Under the pieces are notes generated by a model. It did no database searches. It was not told where the DNA came from and was given only the letters and a program-made list of their open reading frames with translations. A DNA stretch of 64,000 bases from Curvularia clavata (taxonomy: Eukaryota): the NCBI GenBank assembly GCA_023920165.1, contig CP089276.1, positions 744,001 through 808,000 of the forward strand, in the 5' to 3' direction. Below are positions 1 through 14,489 of this stretch, one piece after another. Position numbers and translations under genes: made by a program. Positions within the stretch are counted from its first letter, which is position 1. Each line of letters begins with the position of its first letter.

Positions 1-1526
1 TCTTCTTCTCTCTACTTTTCGGCGTTTTACCAAAGGAATCGATCTGGACACACACACACGAGATGCGGTCTATATACCCGGCGCAAAATTGAAAAGGGGA
101 AATTACTTTTCGACTCCTTTATTCTAACGATACCATTTGTTTGTCTACACTTTTTTCTGGCTCGTTGTTGGTTGTTGATTGTCGACGACCAAGATCGGCC
201 AATGAAATACGTTTTTTTGTAATGGGTATTGGCGGACGGCGCAAAAGGGAGTTACACAAGTTGTTGTACTTTTACTATGTCTGTTTTTGATGTAGGCTTT
301 TTGGACATGATTTGATTTTTTTTAAGCGCTGGTGTTTGTAGTGATTGAAAGATGGTAAGATTTGGGAGTGTTTGAATGGTTGCCTTTTCTCCTTGTGTAA
401 ATGGAATTTATTTATTCATTCTGTTGTTTGAGTATGTATGAGTTTGGAGTGCTTCTGTGTGCAGAGGTTGGAAAGGATGTTGGTATCTCATATATTGGTA
501 TACATAGCACTATATACGTATCTATGTGTGTTTGTATATTGTGTGTTCTTGATATGAATGTGCGTTCTATAAGGAGGGAAGCAAACAACGGGTGGAGTTG
601 GACAGAAGCTAGTATTTAACTACGGAGCTAGATTAGCAACCCCACAGCCACAACCGCTGCGCCACACCTGCTGCCTACAACTGCGTCATTAATATCCGGT
701 TGCGAGCGCAAGGCTGCATCTACTGGGCGGTCTTCACCGGTGCTTATGGATCCTCTGCCTCTAGCATTGTGCAGGACTAGTTTAGCTGGTGCCTTTCAGC
801 CCTTGCAAACTACAACTGAGAGGACAGGCATTGAATGACTGAACCCTTGACGCCCTTGCGAGACAGTGGCGCCACAGCATGAGCTTTTTTTTCGCTTGCG
901 GCGAAATGTAGATGTGAGGGCGCTTGTGGGCTGCTCAGCCCTGATGTCAAAAGCTGATGTTGCATAGTGTACTGGCCGTCGCTGAGTGCAGAAACACTAG
1001 TGTTTTGTGCAGCCCTGATATCCAAGACCGCTCTTACACACTACTCTGACCGGCTGCATGCAAGAACAGGGCATTTTGCACATCAGTCATCTGAAATCAT
1101 GCATCTCAGCGGGTAAGACGGGACCGTGTCATTCGGACTTGGGCGAACATGCAAGGCAACACCGCCACACTTTTGTCTTGGCCCAGGCTGCCATGCGCCC
1201 TTTGGGGGCTGGCTCTCTCTCCCTCACGAGAGCCGGATTGCGGGGGTGTGAACTAGCGAGTTGTGCCACTGGAGTCATATCTGCATCGGGGCAATCATGT
1301 GGTTTGGCTGGCCCGGATATTAAATGCATGTTGTTGGGCTGCACTGGTTTGCTTCACACACGCCACCAACTCTTCAACTTCTCTTACTCACTCGGTGCAA
1401 AATTCACTACTCTCATTGACGCCTGACCAGTGGAAGAGCGAACGAACCTTATAAACTCCAGAATTCCCACGATTTTACCACTATTTTGACTCTTACCCTG
1501 AACGCAGCATCGACGGGGTATTAAAA

Positions 1527-3438
1527 ATGGCGAACGTCATGGGGACGCTACCTGAAGGTCTTGCAGATGCGGCAGTTGCGATTCCAGGCCTTGGAGCGAT
1601 GATCCAGGTGCTGATTGGAAAGCTGGGATTTGACATGGGAAACCTCATGTCAATGTACCTGCTGTTGTTTGGGCTCTACCAAGGAGCCATGTTTCTGTAC
1701 AATCAGGGACGGCATTATCTACTGTATGTATCCTCGTTAGACCTTGCATGACTGGATGCTAACAACCGCTAGGAACTACGGAACTTCAGCTATTCGCATC
1801 GACGATGACGATGAGTTGTATGCTCACTTCATCACGTGGATCTCGGCCCAGCGCATGACAGAGCTTAGCCGCGATCTCAAGGCCTCGTCTAGGAAACCGC
1901 GGGCACGTTGCGACGACTCTGACGACGAGGAATCGGAAGACGAGCCAGATCTCGAAGATGTTGTCGATGAATCCGGCATCTTCAATTACGACAAGTGGAC
2001 CAGTAAGAATCCAGTCTACTACGAGCCTAATATTGGTCACGACGACTTCAAGTACAACGGCACTCGCTTTCAGTTTACAAAAGACACGCAAGAAAACAAG
2101 TATGCTCAACGATTCGAGTACCATCTTGTAATCCGCTGCATGGGCCGCAGCACACAGCCTATCAAGGACTTAATCGATCATGTGCGCGACTGGAATAGTA
2201 AAAAGGCCACTACAACCACCGATATTTTTCGTTCCGAGGGGAAATGGGGGACTTATTGGGAGCACCAGGCTACTAGGCCGTCGCGGCCTATCAGCACAGT
2301 CACTTTGGACCAAGAACAGAAGGATAAGATTGTGGCTGATGTCAACGAGTACCTTCACCCTGCCACTGCACGCTGGTACGCGGCGCGGGGAATCCCTCAT
2401 CGTCGAGGATACCTCTTCCATGGACCTCCAGGAACGGGCAAAACTTCGCTGAGCTTTGCTATTGCTGGCATCTTTGGACTGAGCATTTACTGCGCGTCGC
2501 TGAGTGAGCCTGACCTGACCGAGTCTCAGCTAGCTACGCTGTTTAGTAGGCTCCCGAACCGCTGCATTGTGCTCTTGGAGGACATTGACTCTGCTGGTAT
2601 CCGACGAGAAGGTGGTTCAGGGGGTGTCGAGTCTGATCAGGATGCCGGTGACGATACCGATGATGAGTCTGAAAAGGAGAAGAAGTCAGATGAGAAAAAG
2701 GATGACACAACCGACCTTGAGAAGAAGAAGTTGTCGCTCCGCCGCCGACTCACCCGCTCGTTGCGAAGCCAGAAAATCACCAAGACAGATAGCGAGACGA
2801 CAACCTTGGTATCAAGAGACGATGCGTCCGTCGTCAACAGCACCGATAACCAGAGCACTGAGACGAAACCCAAGACTAAGAGCAAAGCCGCCGATGAAGA
2901 ACCCAGTACAAAGAGCAAAATCTCCCTCGCTGGCCTCCTCAACATCATCGATGGCGCCGCCTCCAACGAAGGCCGCGTTCTAATCATGACCACCAACTGC
3001 CCCGAGAAACTCGATTCGGCCCTCATCCGCCCCGGCCGCGTAGACGTCCAGATCAAGTTCACCCTCGCTACACGCATCCAGATTCAGGATATCTTCCGCC
3101 GCATGTACAGCCACGAGCCCGATCTCGCTGCTGGAGGGGCCAAGGCCAAATCCTCTAACATTGCTCCTCCTAAGACTATCACTGGTACTGATACGACTGG
3201 GAAAGCGCTTGTCCCCTCCCGCCCCGCTTTCGCTACTCTGCCCGCTGAACAGCTCGACAGCATGGCGAAAACCTTCGCAGATAGTCTGCCTGAGAATGCC
3301 TTATCGCCTGCTGAGATCCAGGGGTATTTGCTCATGCGCAAGGCGGATCCGCAGGCGGCGCTGGATGGGGTTGCGACGTGGCGAGATGGGATGTTGGAGG
3401 CGAGGAGGAAGGGGAGGAAGGTGCTGGATGTTAAGTAA
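1527..3438 (+). CDS. BCS1-like mitochondrial AAA ATPase (2 exons; intron 1724-1772)
   Basis: Hydrophobic N-terminal exon joins in frame through a GTATGT...GCTAAC...TAG intron. Has WYAARGIPHRRGYLFHGPPGTGKTS (Walker A), LLEDID (Walker B), SLAGLLNIIDG, MTTN...LDSALIRPGRVD and SPAEIQG, all BCS1-family motifs. A long charged insert follows Walker B. Confidence 0.9.
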
Positions 3439-3891
3439 ATCTTGACCTCTTCACCAATCTCCCTCTTTTTTTTTTTCATCTTGTGGAGAGTACGCGGGGA
3501 TCTCTTCTCTTTCCTTTTCTTTCCTTCTCTGTTATTTTCTACAATGTCTCTGACTTGAACGAAATTGGCGGGTGAAACAAAAGCAGAAGTCCTGGATATG
3601 GGATATGCATTGGGCGGTGTTTTGATTCGTGTTTATATTCCTGTATCCAGTCGTGGATAAAGCTCAGCTCAGATGCAGCACATACATGAGCCCTTTCATC
3701 TCGTACGAGTAGAAGAACGAGGGGAAAAGGCAAAATAATCATAATGAAAAGAACTATTTCTGTTTCGATATTCTCCCCATGGTTAAAGTAGTAAGATTGC
3801 AAGTCATGCATATGCCATAATAGATATCAAACGCCCGCTACGCCTCGTAACTTTTATGCCGTATCGTCATCCGATCAAGTCCATTGTAATT

Positions 3892-5090
<1,199 letters not shown>

Positions 5091-7027
5091 GACGGCGGCT
5101 GTGCTAGGAGAAGGTGAGACGGTTGTCGATGTTGCTGTTATCGTCGGGTATATCTAAGAAGTGGCGGAGGTGGAAATGCGGATATCCGAGGTGAGAGACG
5201 TTCACTCCGAAAAAAAAAAATGATGGCACACGGATGCTTGCGACAAGGCAATCCTTACAGAAAAGGCAGGGGAAAAAAGCACAGCAAGCACAGTCGGAAT
5301 GCGCGCGAAATATAGGGTCCAGAGTGTTTGTCCGATACTACAACGGGCGTGGCGATAGGATATGGGATTGATTACTTAGCTACACAACGCCGTCAAGTGA
5401 TGTCCGATGACGAATGGGAGGCGCCGGATTACTCGTGATCCAATGCGGTTAGCGTCATCTCATGTCAATCACTTATGAGATCCGATACCCAGCGCGACAT
5501 CCTGACGAACGACAACATCTGCCAGACTCTTACTGCATTTACCCTATCAAGAAATTTCGAATGCAGTAGTCGCTCGAATTTCACCCACCGTCAAATCAGC
5601 CGCAGCGCTCACTTCAGCTGAACCCTCCGCCCAATCCTGTTAGACGGCCCGCTCCACCACGCTCCCGCCCCTCTCTCGTTCTTTGAAACCGTACCTGCCA
5701 GCCATCGCCAACGATCCTATCGCAAGCGTTCGTACCCATGACGTATTCTTCATGTTTGCTATTGTCAGATCTTCAAGACCTTGGCCGCAGTTGTGATTTT
5801 CTTACCTATGCTCCAATCGCTTTGTACGACATGCACATTCTATGCTTTGTTTCGAAGATCATGAGTGTTCCAGATGCCCAGCATTGGCATGCCCAGTATG
5901 CAAGCGTACCACGCATATGTAGATCTGCAAACAAGGCTGTGTCTATCCCTAGGCACACAGCGCTCTGATGACCCCTATTTTTGAGATCGAACGCCGACAA
6001 CTGTCTCAACTAGAAAACCCCGCTTCCCAGCACTGATGTCGTTCAACAATATTGTAAGTCTCTAAATTCCCCATGGTTCACGGACGTTCTCTGTCAATGC
6101 CATATATGGGTGGCAAACGTTCTCCACCGTTCTCCTTCCGGTATTGCTTGATCGTCGGGTATTCCTACTCTCTCAAACGTTCAATCTCGTAATTCGGTAT
6201 CGCAATCGTGTTTCTTTTAAAGGAGCACTGCAGGTAAACTTGGTCTAGACCTATCTATCGTGGTGGCGATTTCACACATGACGGCAAGGACTGTATTGAT
6301 GATGTCCGCCGTCACAAAAAGGGATAGGGCCCTTGCATCGAAGGAAAAAGCAAGCAAAAATATGGAGCAGGACAAAGTATCCAAAAGCAAAGTCGCAGCC
6401 TTTTCAGCTTGATGCGTATGGGGCTGAAGGTTACACCAAACCCGTCATTGTGTATCGTATCATGCTCTCGTGCATCCTACAGATCCCACTACGTCAGCGG
6501 TTGTGAGCTCCAGTCAACTCGCGTACTATCAGGCACATGTATAGTGAAGATCTCTTTTGTTTTGATGCCTCCAAGATCCGTGGCGACTAGCGTCTGCTTC
6601 CCCAGAAAAGCAAGGTCGTTGAGCACGATCGGTCACCAACCGTGCGATCAGATACGGGCTAATCTTTAGCAACGTTCTTTTCAGCCAACCGACCTACACC
6701 ATCTAGATCCATGCTTTTCAGCACTTCGGACAAATGCCATGGTACCATAGGCGCCACTCCACACGGCGCCATACTTTGTTCACGTTAGTACGGTATCTCC
6801 ACAATGACCCTTCACCCTTCCGTGCCGTGTGGTGTGGAACAGCGGTGCCAACACGGGGCACATACATTGCTATCCGCAGGCCGTGCCATGGCACGCCTAC
6901 GCAGACAAGCAAAGCAAAAGACATGCGGTATGCAAGGTGCTCAACACGCATATAAACGAGAACCCAGACGGCTGGGATTTCGATGCATGGCCATCAAACT
7001 CTTGACACTCTCGTTCCATCTGTAGCC

Positions 7028-8207
7028 ATGACCAACGACCTGCGGGCTGCCATGGTTGGCGTCAATACGACGCTGATCTTGCTTACCTCACTGGCTGTTA
7101 GTTGTCGTATTGCAAGGAAATTTCGAATGGTGAGCCAGTTTAGCTGGCACGATGGTATGTTGATACCAGACATCTCAATCATTTATACTAATGACTCTAA
7201 GCTCTTGCGGCATATGCGGGACTCTGCGCCATCTGCCTCTCGACAATACAGATAGCCAGCATAGGAATTGGTGGAGGTCTTACCATAGATCGAATTCCAC
7301 CTGAGAACCTTACCCCCTTTCTCAAGGTTTGTGTCTACAGCCTCTGTCTTTTTGATCACTTCAGCTGACGGTATGTTAAAAGATGGTCATGGCAGCACTG
7401 TTCTTCTATTTTATGTGCAACTGGGCTGTCAAGCATTCCCTTCTTCTTTTCTATTCCGAACTTACTTTCGAACCCTGGCATCGCCGATTCATATACGTGA
7501 TGCACGGTTTCGCGTTTGCCTTTGGTTTCTCGTGTGTCATTATCGGCATCTTTCAATGTGTTCCGGTCCAGAAACTCTGGAACAATAAGCTCGATGGATT
7601 CTGTATCGATAACAACTCGTTCGGTATCTACAACGCCGTCTTCATGCTCGTGAACGACATAGTCCTTTACATCATGCCGGTAATCTTTACTTGGAATGTC
7701 CGCCTACGTCTCTCCCACCGCATCGCCGTCAACTGCCTCTTTGCTCTGGGTGGTTTGGTCCTCGCAGCAAGCGCCGCACGTGTCTACTTCATGGACCAGC
7801 AAGTCAAAAACCCTGACTTCCCTTTCCGGTATGCCTCGATGATGCTCTGCGCCGTTATCGAAAACCATCTCGCCGTCATTGTCGCGTGCGCGCCCAACAT
7901 CAAGGCACTTCTGCTGCACGTCTACCCCAGTCTGCAGGGCAAGTTCGAAAAGATGGTCAGCGACAGCGATGCCTACAGACACAGGTACAAAGGCGGTTAC
8001 AGAACCAACGAATCCGCTACCCTCGATGTAGAGTCCTCTGGCATTATGAAAATGAAGGATGTAGAGGTCAAGGTCGAGAAGCCGGAGTTACCTCAGCTTT
8101 CATCTACCGAAAGTTCAAAGAGCGGAAGGAACAAAGATCAGTGGTGGCGATCGCCAAACAGCTGGACGCTCGAGTCTGCAACTACCACTGTTACATCCTC
8201 CACTTAG
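7028..8207 (+). CDS. PTH11-like / fungal rhodopsin-domain integral membrane protein without CFEM (introns 7155-7201, 7327-7382)
   Basis: About 7 hydrophobic segments. Family-type motifs WHD, VKHSLLLFY, FQCVPVQKLW...GFC, NDIVLYIMP, LFALGGLV, IENHLAVIVACAP. Both introns restore the frame. Confidence 0.85.
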
Positions 8208-8474
8208 GAGGGACAGGTATGTATCATGACACGGCTCATGTTTGTAGATATATCCAAGATTATCCTTTTAATTGTAGCCACTTTTAGCGTAGTACTGGGT
8301 TGTTCGTATTCTTGAAACGAACCTGTTGTCTCTCTCGTTGCTTTTAGTATTATTTTCTTAATCTCAATGGAATGTTCTCCCTTCTGGTCTTCATTTCCTT
8401 GCCCCATTATGTGCTGTTAGTTGCAGCAGCTAGGCTTTCTTGCTCTCAATAGAATCGCTATGCAGTACGTCTTA

Positions 8475-8810
8475 TTAAACCTTCTGGCTCACCGATTCCT
8501 CGCCCTCATTTGTCCTGCTCGCCCGTTTATCCGCAATTTCTCTGCCCAAGCACAGCCACCTTTTTACAGCCGCACATATTCTCTTCCGTACCGATTTCTT
8601 TTCAGGCTCTTCCTTTGTAGCGGTTGTCGTAACAGTAACGGTAGCAGAGGGCAGTGCTGGCAACGCCGTAACGCTCATGTCCATGGCATCTTGCAGATTC
8701 ACCAGAGTTGGGGTTTGGCCACGGCGCGACCACAGTCGCGGGGTTGGAGAGCGGCTTTGCTGGTCGCGGAATATGACGGAGCTGAGTGGGAGGAGGTGGC
8801 GAGATGTCAT
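8475..8810 (-). CDS. Possible small hypothetical protein (start uncertain; ORF open up to 8951)
   Basis: Stop-free frame with Ser/Thr-rich, basic, coding-like composition. First in-frame ATG at 8810. No recognisable domain. Confidence 0.3.
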   Translation of the reverse strand: MTSRHLLPLSSVIFRDQQSRSPTPRLWSRRGQTPTLVNLQDAMDMSVTALPALPSATVTVTTTATKEEPEKKSVRKRICAAVKRWLCLGREIADKRASRTNEGEESVSQKV

Positions 8811-9663
8811 TTGAATGGTTGCGATGGAGGTGCGCCTGGTGGATGCGCCGGTGATGGAGTGTTTGTTGGATGCGCCAACGACGATTTGTGTGTTGTCTGG
8901 ATCAGAGGAGGATCTTTTGCTAGATGTCGGGCAAGGGGATTGGATTCGCAAAGATTTATCACTTTGTGCCGATAGATGCTTGCAGGGTGTATGTAAGTCG
9001 CATGAATTTGCGTTGGCGGGTTACGTAGTGATTCTAATTAGCGCCTGACCTGCAAACGGAGGTGAATATGAGCGTGGGAAAGAATGTGTTTCCCGGTCTA
9101 TTAATGCATCTCACCTTCAATAGGCGCTCAATGCACTTGCGATCTCCTTTTGAATTTGCACCCATATTGGTTAGATTTGCAGGGGTGATGTACGTTTGGC
9201 GAGTAAGGGGTGATAAGAGAACAGAGGACTGGCCATCGAGGAGACAGACAGTGTTTGTAGCATGTGATAATAGTTGCTCTATTTCTCCTGAACCCTGAGG
9301 TGGTTGCGTAGTGGAGACAGTTATAGGGATCTAAGAAGCCAAGCGCGGAAGTAATTAACAGATTACAGGGTATGAAACAAGCTACCCTGCTGTACGAAAA
9401 CAACGTTACGTATAACTGTTCCTATTCTCACGCGTCTAAGTCAGCAAAAGTGGCAATGTGTCGTCCGATTCGAGTATGAGGCGATGTTTGGCTACCAACA
9501 TGACGTTGCCAGCGGACCGAACAACATCCAACGCTACGGATATCCCACTTCTGGTGCCATTCTTGAGTATTAATATCCGCGCGCTTCCGGAAACAGTACC
9601 CTCGGCGATTTTTACGATGAGATTTCCCCAGATTTCCCCGAAGGCTGAGCGGAGCCACTCGTG

Positions 9664-9701
9664 CCACCAATCATGCATCGCCCTCCTTAAATTGACCCCG
9701 C
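9664..9701 (+). promoter_or_regulatory. Putative GaaR (GARE) site CCACCAAT and adjacent CreA-type site (CCCCGC = SYGGRG on minus strand) upstream of the pectin methylesterase
   Basis: CCNCCAA(T) at 9664-9671 and CCCCGC at 9696-9701, about 200-240 bp before a pectinase ATG. Short motifs; context is the main support. Confidence 0.4.
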
Positions 9702-9902
9702 CACCATGGTTGCCGACGAGCCCAAGATGCCATGGTCAATAAAGTACCTGGACTAGAATTGGCCTGGAAACCTGGTTACGACGGACAATCAGTAGTTCTT
9801 GTTCGAAGACCATGCCGTCTTTCTTTGAATATAAGTACTGTAGCGGCCGATCCTATAGGTAAGGTTACGGCTGTGATCTCAAATCATCACCGCCCTAGCA
9901 TC

Positions 9903-10904
9903 ATGCTGTCTCACATGTCCTTGTCTGTTATTGTTCTTAGTGCACTGAGTCTGGTTTCTGCGGACAAGAATGTGCGCATAAAGCCCGACCAAGGAGCATT
10001 GGTGGTTGATGCATCCGGTGCTTACCCTAACAGCTACCTCAACATCAGTGCCGCCGTAGCAGGACTACATAACAAGACCGATGCGCAAAAGATATTCATA
10101 TTTCCTGGCACGTATACCGAACAGGTCTACGTTCCACAGCTCGCAGGGCCTCTCACCATCCAAGGCTACACAAACGATTCCACGACCTACAAGAAAAACC
10201 AAGTTCTTCTCACTTACAATCTCTCACGGAAAACCCCCGGCCTAGCCAACAACGATGTAACATCAACTCTCCGCCTCTGGACATCAGATGTCAAACTATA
10301 CAATCTCAATGTTGCTAATACTTTCGGCGCCGGTGCCCAAGCCCTAGCTCTCAGCGCGCAAAACACCAACCAAGGCTTCTACGGCTGCAAATTCACCGGC
10401 TACCAAGACACCATCTACGCCAACGTCGGTCGCCAAATCTACGCAAAGTCATACGTCAATGGAGCTGTAGACTTCATATTTGGTCTGCGGGCAGTCGCGT
10501 TGTTCAACAAGATGGACATTGAAACCATAGGCACAGGATTCATCACTGCCAACGGCCGCGACTCTGAAGACAATAAGAGCATTTACGTATTCAACAAGGC
10601 CAATATTACAGGCACCAGCGGCCCCAACTCAACTGATCTGGGAAGACCGTGGAGGCCGTACAGCAGGGTCGTCTTCCAGCAGAGCTACATGAGCGATGTG
10701 GTGACGCCAAGGGGCTGGTCGAGGTGGGATGATGTGCAAAGTACGGATAATGTGGTTTATCAGGAATACCTAAATCAGGGGCCTGGTGCGAACAGATCGG
10801 CGAGAGTGGCGTGGAGCTCACAAGGAACCGCACTGATTAAGGCGTCGGACTTGTTTGGCAGCAACTATGATCGGGAGAATTGGGTCGATATCGATTATTT
10901 GTAG
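9903..10904 (+). CDS. Secreted pectin methylesterase (CAZy CE8)
   Basis: Signal peptide MLSHMSLSVIVLSALSLVSA. CE8 motifs IFPGTYTEQV, QALAL, GYQDTIY, GAVDFIFG, LGRPW. True start is likely ATG 9903 rather than 9732. Confidence 0.93.
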   Translation: MLSHMSLSVIVLSALSLVSADKNVRIKPDQGALVVDASGAYPNSYLNISAAVAGLHNKTDAQKIFIFPGTYTEQVYVPQLAGPLTIQGYTNDSTTYKKNQVLLTYNLSRKTPGLANNDVTSTLRLWTSDVKLYNLNVANTFGAGAQALALSAQNTNQGFYGCKFTGYQDTIYANVGRQIYAKSYVNGAVDFIFGLRAVALFNKMDIETIGTGFITANGRDSEDNKSIYVFNKANITGTSGPNSTDLGRPWRPYSRVVFQQSYMSDVVTPRGWSRWDDVQSTDNVVYQEYLNQGPGANRSARVAWSSQGTALIKASDLFGSNYDRENWVDIDYL

Positions 10905-11441
10905 ATGTGTAATTCTCACTTGTATATAGCCTTTTCATAGTAAATGGCATTATATCTTTTGCTGATTTTCGATCTCAATCTCTTCTAAGTCTACCGTAGC
11001 GTATAGCTCCTTATTTATACAAGTGATGTTGTCGTATTGATGAATAAAAGGTTTAAATATTTAGGTTCTTCAATATCACAGAGTCGCAGTTGCTACATCG
11101 TGATGGAAATGTACAAATTATGGTTGAATGGGCTTTGGAAAATGCTCACATTCAGACAATGGATCATACCAACTAAACAAATACTTAGTTCTTTCATTTA
11201 GCGAGAATTAACGTCACGAATAAAAAGATCATTGAATTCTCGGAAAGGTAAGTTGTTGCCAGTCTAAATGATTCGTAGCGTTGCACATTCGGTTATGTGG
11301 TTTCATGATGACGTTCTCACAACATCACCAGCACGTCAACCACGAGCTCGAACTAACGCGCACCACTACTTGAAGCAACTTTCAAACATCAAAGTTCAGG
11401 TACTTTTGCTTTCCTCATCACACTGCAGATATCAATACACC

Positions 11442-11897
11442 ATGTTTTCGAGAATTTCAAGAAATCTTTTGCGCTCAGCACCCTTGACGAGTCGTGCACT
11501 CCCGCAGCGCATTCAAAGTATGTACCTCTCACATTGCATTACCATTCTGCCTTCTAATACAACAAATAAAGCTTTCACACCATTCGCTGCTCGCACATAC
11601 GCTGACGGTGCTGTACCTGGCCAATCGTCCAATGTGTCCAATCCGCAAGCGAGCAGCCCTGAGAGCCAGGACATCAACCACAGCGCCTCCATCGGACAGA
11701 CCGACAAGAACGATGCCGACCACGTATCGATACAGAACCCAGTCAGCCATCCAGAACAAGATCGAGCAGGAGGTTCAGAGGAGGGAACCGAGAGCCAAGA
11801 TAATATGAAGCATGACCCGAATGAATCGGATGCCAAGAAGAGGGAGAAGACTTTGGGATACGGCCAGAACAAGCCTCTGGATGCAGCCGACAAGTAA
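11442..11897 (+). CDS. Small hydrophilic protein with predicted mitochondrial presequence (probable intron 11518-11571)
   Basis: MFSRISRNLLRSAPLTSRALPQR...AARTYA is Arg/Ser/Leu-rich and acid-free, with an R-3-like site. GTATGT...CTAAT...AAG intron. Confidence 0.7.
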   Translation: MFSRISRNLLRSAPLTSRALPQRIQSMYLSHCITILPSNTTNKAFTPFAARTYADGAVPGQSSNVSNPQASSPESQDINHSASIGQTDKNDADHVSIQNPVSHPEQDRAGGSEEGTESQDNMKHDPNESDAKKREKTLGYGQNKPLDAADK

Positions 11898-13511
11898 AGT
11901 ACATGTCCTTTGGGGCTTTTAATGGTGCCTCAAATGATGGACAAAAACAAAGGGGTTTCAAGAGGAGGAAACAAGGGATTCATTAAATGGCTGCCCAATC
12001 ATGAGAGACTAAAAGGTTTAGCCAGTTGATACCCTGGATGTCTACAAACCCAAAAATCAATAACGAAACACTTTTCAAAACATTTCCTGGCTGCAGGTTC
12101 GCGGTTTGCTCAAGTTCGTATCTCAGGACCAATGTCACTGCACCAAGAATTAGGCTACAGATGATGATCTTATTCTCTGTTACTAGGCTAGCTCTTAGAG
12201 AATAAGTCATGAAGCTTCCAAGGAGCACCTCGCATCGAGTTCTTCGTGTGGCCAAGTTTACTGTTCTAGGGTATCAGTTTACAGCTATCGATCATTCTCT
12301 CGAGTGATATGGCAGCTACTAGCAAACCAGCCGGCCTTATTTACGCTTAGTATGATTGTGCTTCAGCACAGCCCAGATGAGCGAAATGATGCAAGAAAGT
12401 TTAGAACCATTCATTTGCGTTAGGTGAGCATGAGAGCTGAGACAGTTACAAGAGTTCAACTATCGAAACTTATGTAAGACCCAAAAGATCGCAATGCATC
12501 TAGGTACATCTCCGTTTTTTCCCAGCCTCACAATCCTTCGTTTTTGTCGACATCGAAGCTGCGGGCGTCCAACCTAGTAGCTTGGTTCATCACGAGTTTT
12601 ATTCCTTTGGGAGCCACAAAACGATTTTTCCAAGAGCTCGTCGTATGTCGTACTTGAAGACGGACTGACTAGCACTCGTTCCCCTATCCTTCAGGCGTGA
12701 GATTCAATAGCCTAGCATCTAAGCACATCGTTGGATAATTGTTTTTGTGTGACTGCAATTGCGCAGTTGCAGTGCCTTAACCTCCAATACCTTGGCATTG
12801 GAAAGCAGCTGAGAGTTGTGTCCTAGAATCAGGAGCAAAGGTCTTTGCACGTTACTAATCAATTTCTACAGGTAACTATGCGTGTGTTTCAACAGTCTCC
12901 CGTTCAATAAACAAGCTCACCTTGCCAGCCTCGTCCATTGCTGCCAAAGCAGTAAGAGCCGACAGTACGTCCACAAGTCCAGTCACTCAATTCACCGACC
13001 AAGAGCTACAATTCCTTCCCTCATCGCCACAGGACTTATCCATGCCTTTAAAGATGATATATGTTCCCATGAAACAGCGGGCGCGATGTTTGGCTCCTGT
13101 TTCGAAACCTGGTAGCGAACGCGGAAACGAAGCGGGCACTAGTGTTTGACACCGTCCTGAGCCAATGATGCTTGGTAGATGTATCCTAGCGCCTTGGCAG
13201 CGTCTCCTGTGGTTCATGCTACGCTCCTGAAAACCCACTTTTGCTTTTGCATCGTACGGGGGAAATGCCATGTTGGGAGGAAAACATTGCGAATTCGAAG
13301 CTTGTCCATGAATCCTACAAGGACGAGGGAGGGATATCCCGGGGTGGCACGGTTTGTTGACGGTAGCCTTAGGCATAAGTAGCATGCAGGCGCCATACTA
13401 TGTTCCTTTCCTCTTCATCGCGCTTCATTCATTTTCCATACAAATTTTCTTTACAATTTTTGCCTAGAAGGCTTTGTTGATCTTTTATTACATTCGTTAC
13501 GCAGACACAGG

Positions 13512-14489
13512 ATGTCTTTCTACACTTTCTTCACCGCGAGCCTGCTCGCCCAATATGCCAGCGCCTACACCCAAGTCAACCTTCCTTCACCGTTTATGCA
13601 GAAGAACATTGATCCTATCGTCTTCCCCGGAGAGTTCGACAAGTCGCATCTTCACTCATTTTACGGCTCCGATGCTGTCGTAGCAACCACCAAGACGAGC
13701 GCCGAGCTTCAAAAGGGCTGCACCAACGCAGAAGTTCCCGATGACATGAGCGTGTACTGGGTCCCTACTGTCTTGTTCACCACCGACAGCGGCAAAACAT
13801 ACAACCCTGTTCCCGTTATGCGCTTCAGCGCCTACTACAACTTGGGCGAGACACCCGCTGAGGTGCCTATTCCACAGAACGTTCAGATGGTCGCTGGTAA
13901 AGCAGAGGCCAAGGACAAAGCCGGCATGGACCCCAACGCAAAGGCTGAGTGGTTCTGCGAGGGCGACGAACCCGTTGCCATGGATGCCAACGGCTTCCCC
14001 AGCAAAACCTGCTCCACCCATCTCCAGCAGCTTCTCTACTTCCCCCAGTGTGTCAATACGGAGACGCTCGAGACGGGCTACAAGGACCGCGCCAACGGAA
14101 CTCCAAACTGGTGCCCAAAGGGCATGAAGTCGATGCCCCAGCTTCGCTTCTCCATCCGCTACGATCTCCGCAAGATACTTCCTAATGGCTGGTCTGGAAC
14201 CGCACCCGTCAAGCTATCTTGTGGAAATGCTTTCTGCTCGCACGGCGACTTCATCAATGGATGGACCGAGGAGGCTGCAAAGAGCATGGTTGACGCTACA
14301 AAGGACAAGTACCATTTTGCTCCCGTCAAGGGTCGTGTTACAGCCAGTGGCTGCAAGCCCAAGGATGCCGATCCCAGCCATGGTACTAGCGACTATGCTC
14401 AGAGTGTCGCCGCCATGGGTAAGCGCAGCGTTAGCGCTTGGGGCTGGGAGACTCGCTCCAGGCTTGCTCGTTTGGTCAGCAAGGCTTAA
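13512..14489 (+). CDS. Secreted DUF1996-domain protein
   Basis: Signal peptide, then KNIDPIVFPG...HLHSFYG, CT...DMSVYWVP, LYFPQC, CPKG..MPQL and HGDFINGW, matching DUF1996 patterns. Confidence 0.88.
   Translation: MSFYTFFTASLLAQYASAYTQVNLPSPFMQKNIDPIVFPGEFDKSHLHSFYGSDAVVATTKTSAELQKGCTNAEVPDDMSVYWVPTVLFTTDSGKTYNPVPVMRFSAYYNLGETPAEVPIPQNVQMVAGKAEAKDKAGMDPNAKAEWFCEGDEPVAMDANGFPSKTCSTHLQQLLYFPQCVNTETLETGYKDRANGTPNWCPKGMKSMPQLRFSIRYDLRKILPNGWSGTAPVKLSCGNAFCSHGDFINGWTEEAAKSMVDATKDKYHFAPVKGRVTASGCKPKDADPSHGTSDYAQSVAAMGKRSVSAWGWETRSRLARLVSKA

Noticed and set aside
1..620. T/G-rich stretch with (AC)6 and a 72-aa ORF
   Set aside because: Looks like the 3' UTR or terminator of a gene outside the window. 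The ORF is likely compositional noise.
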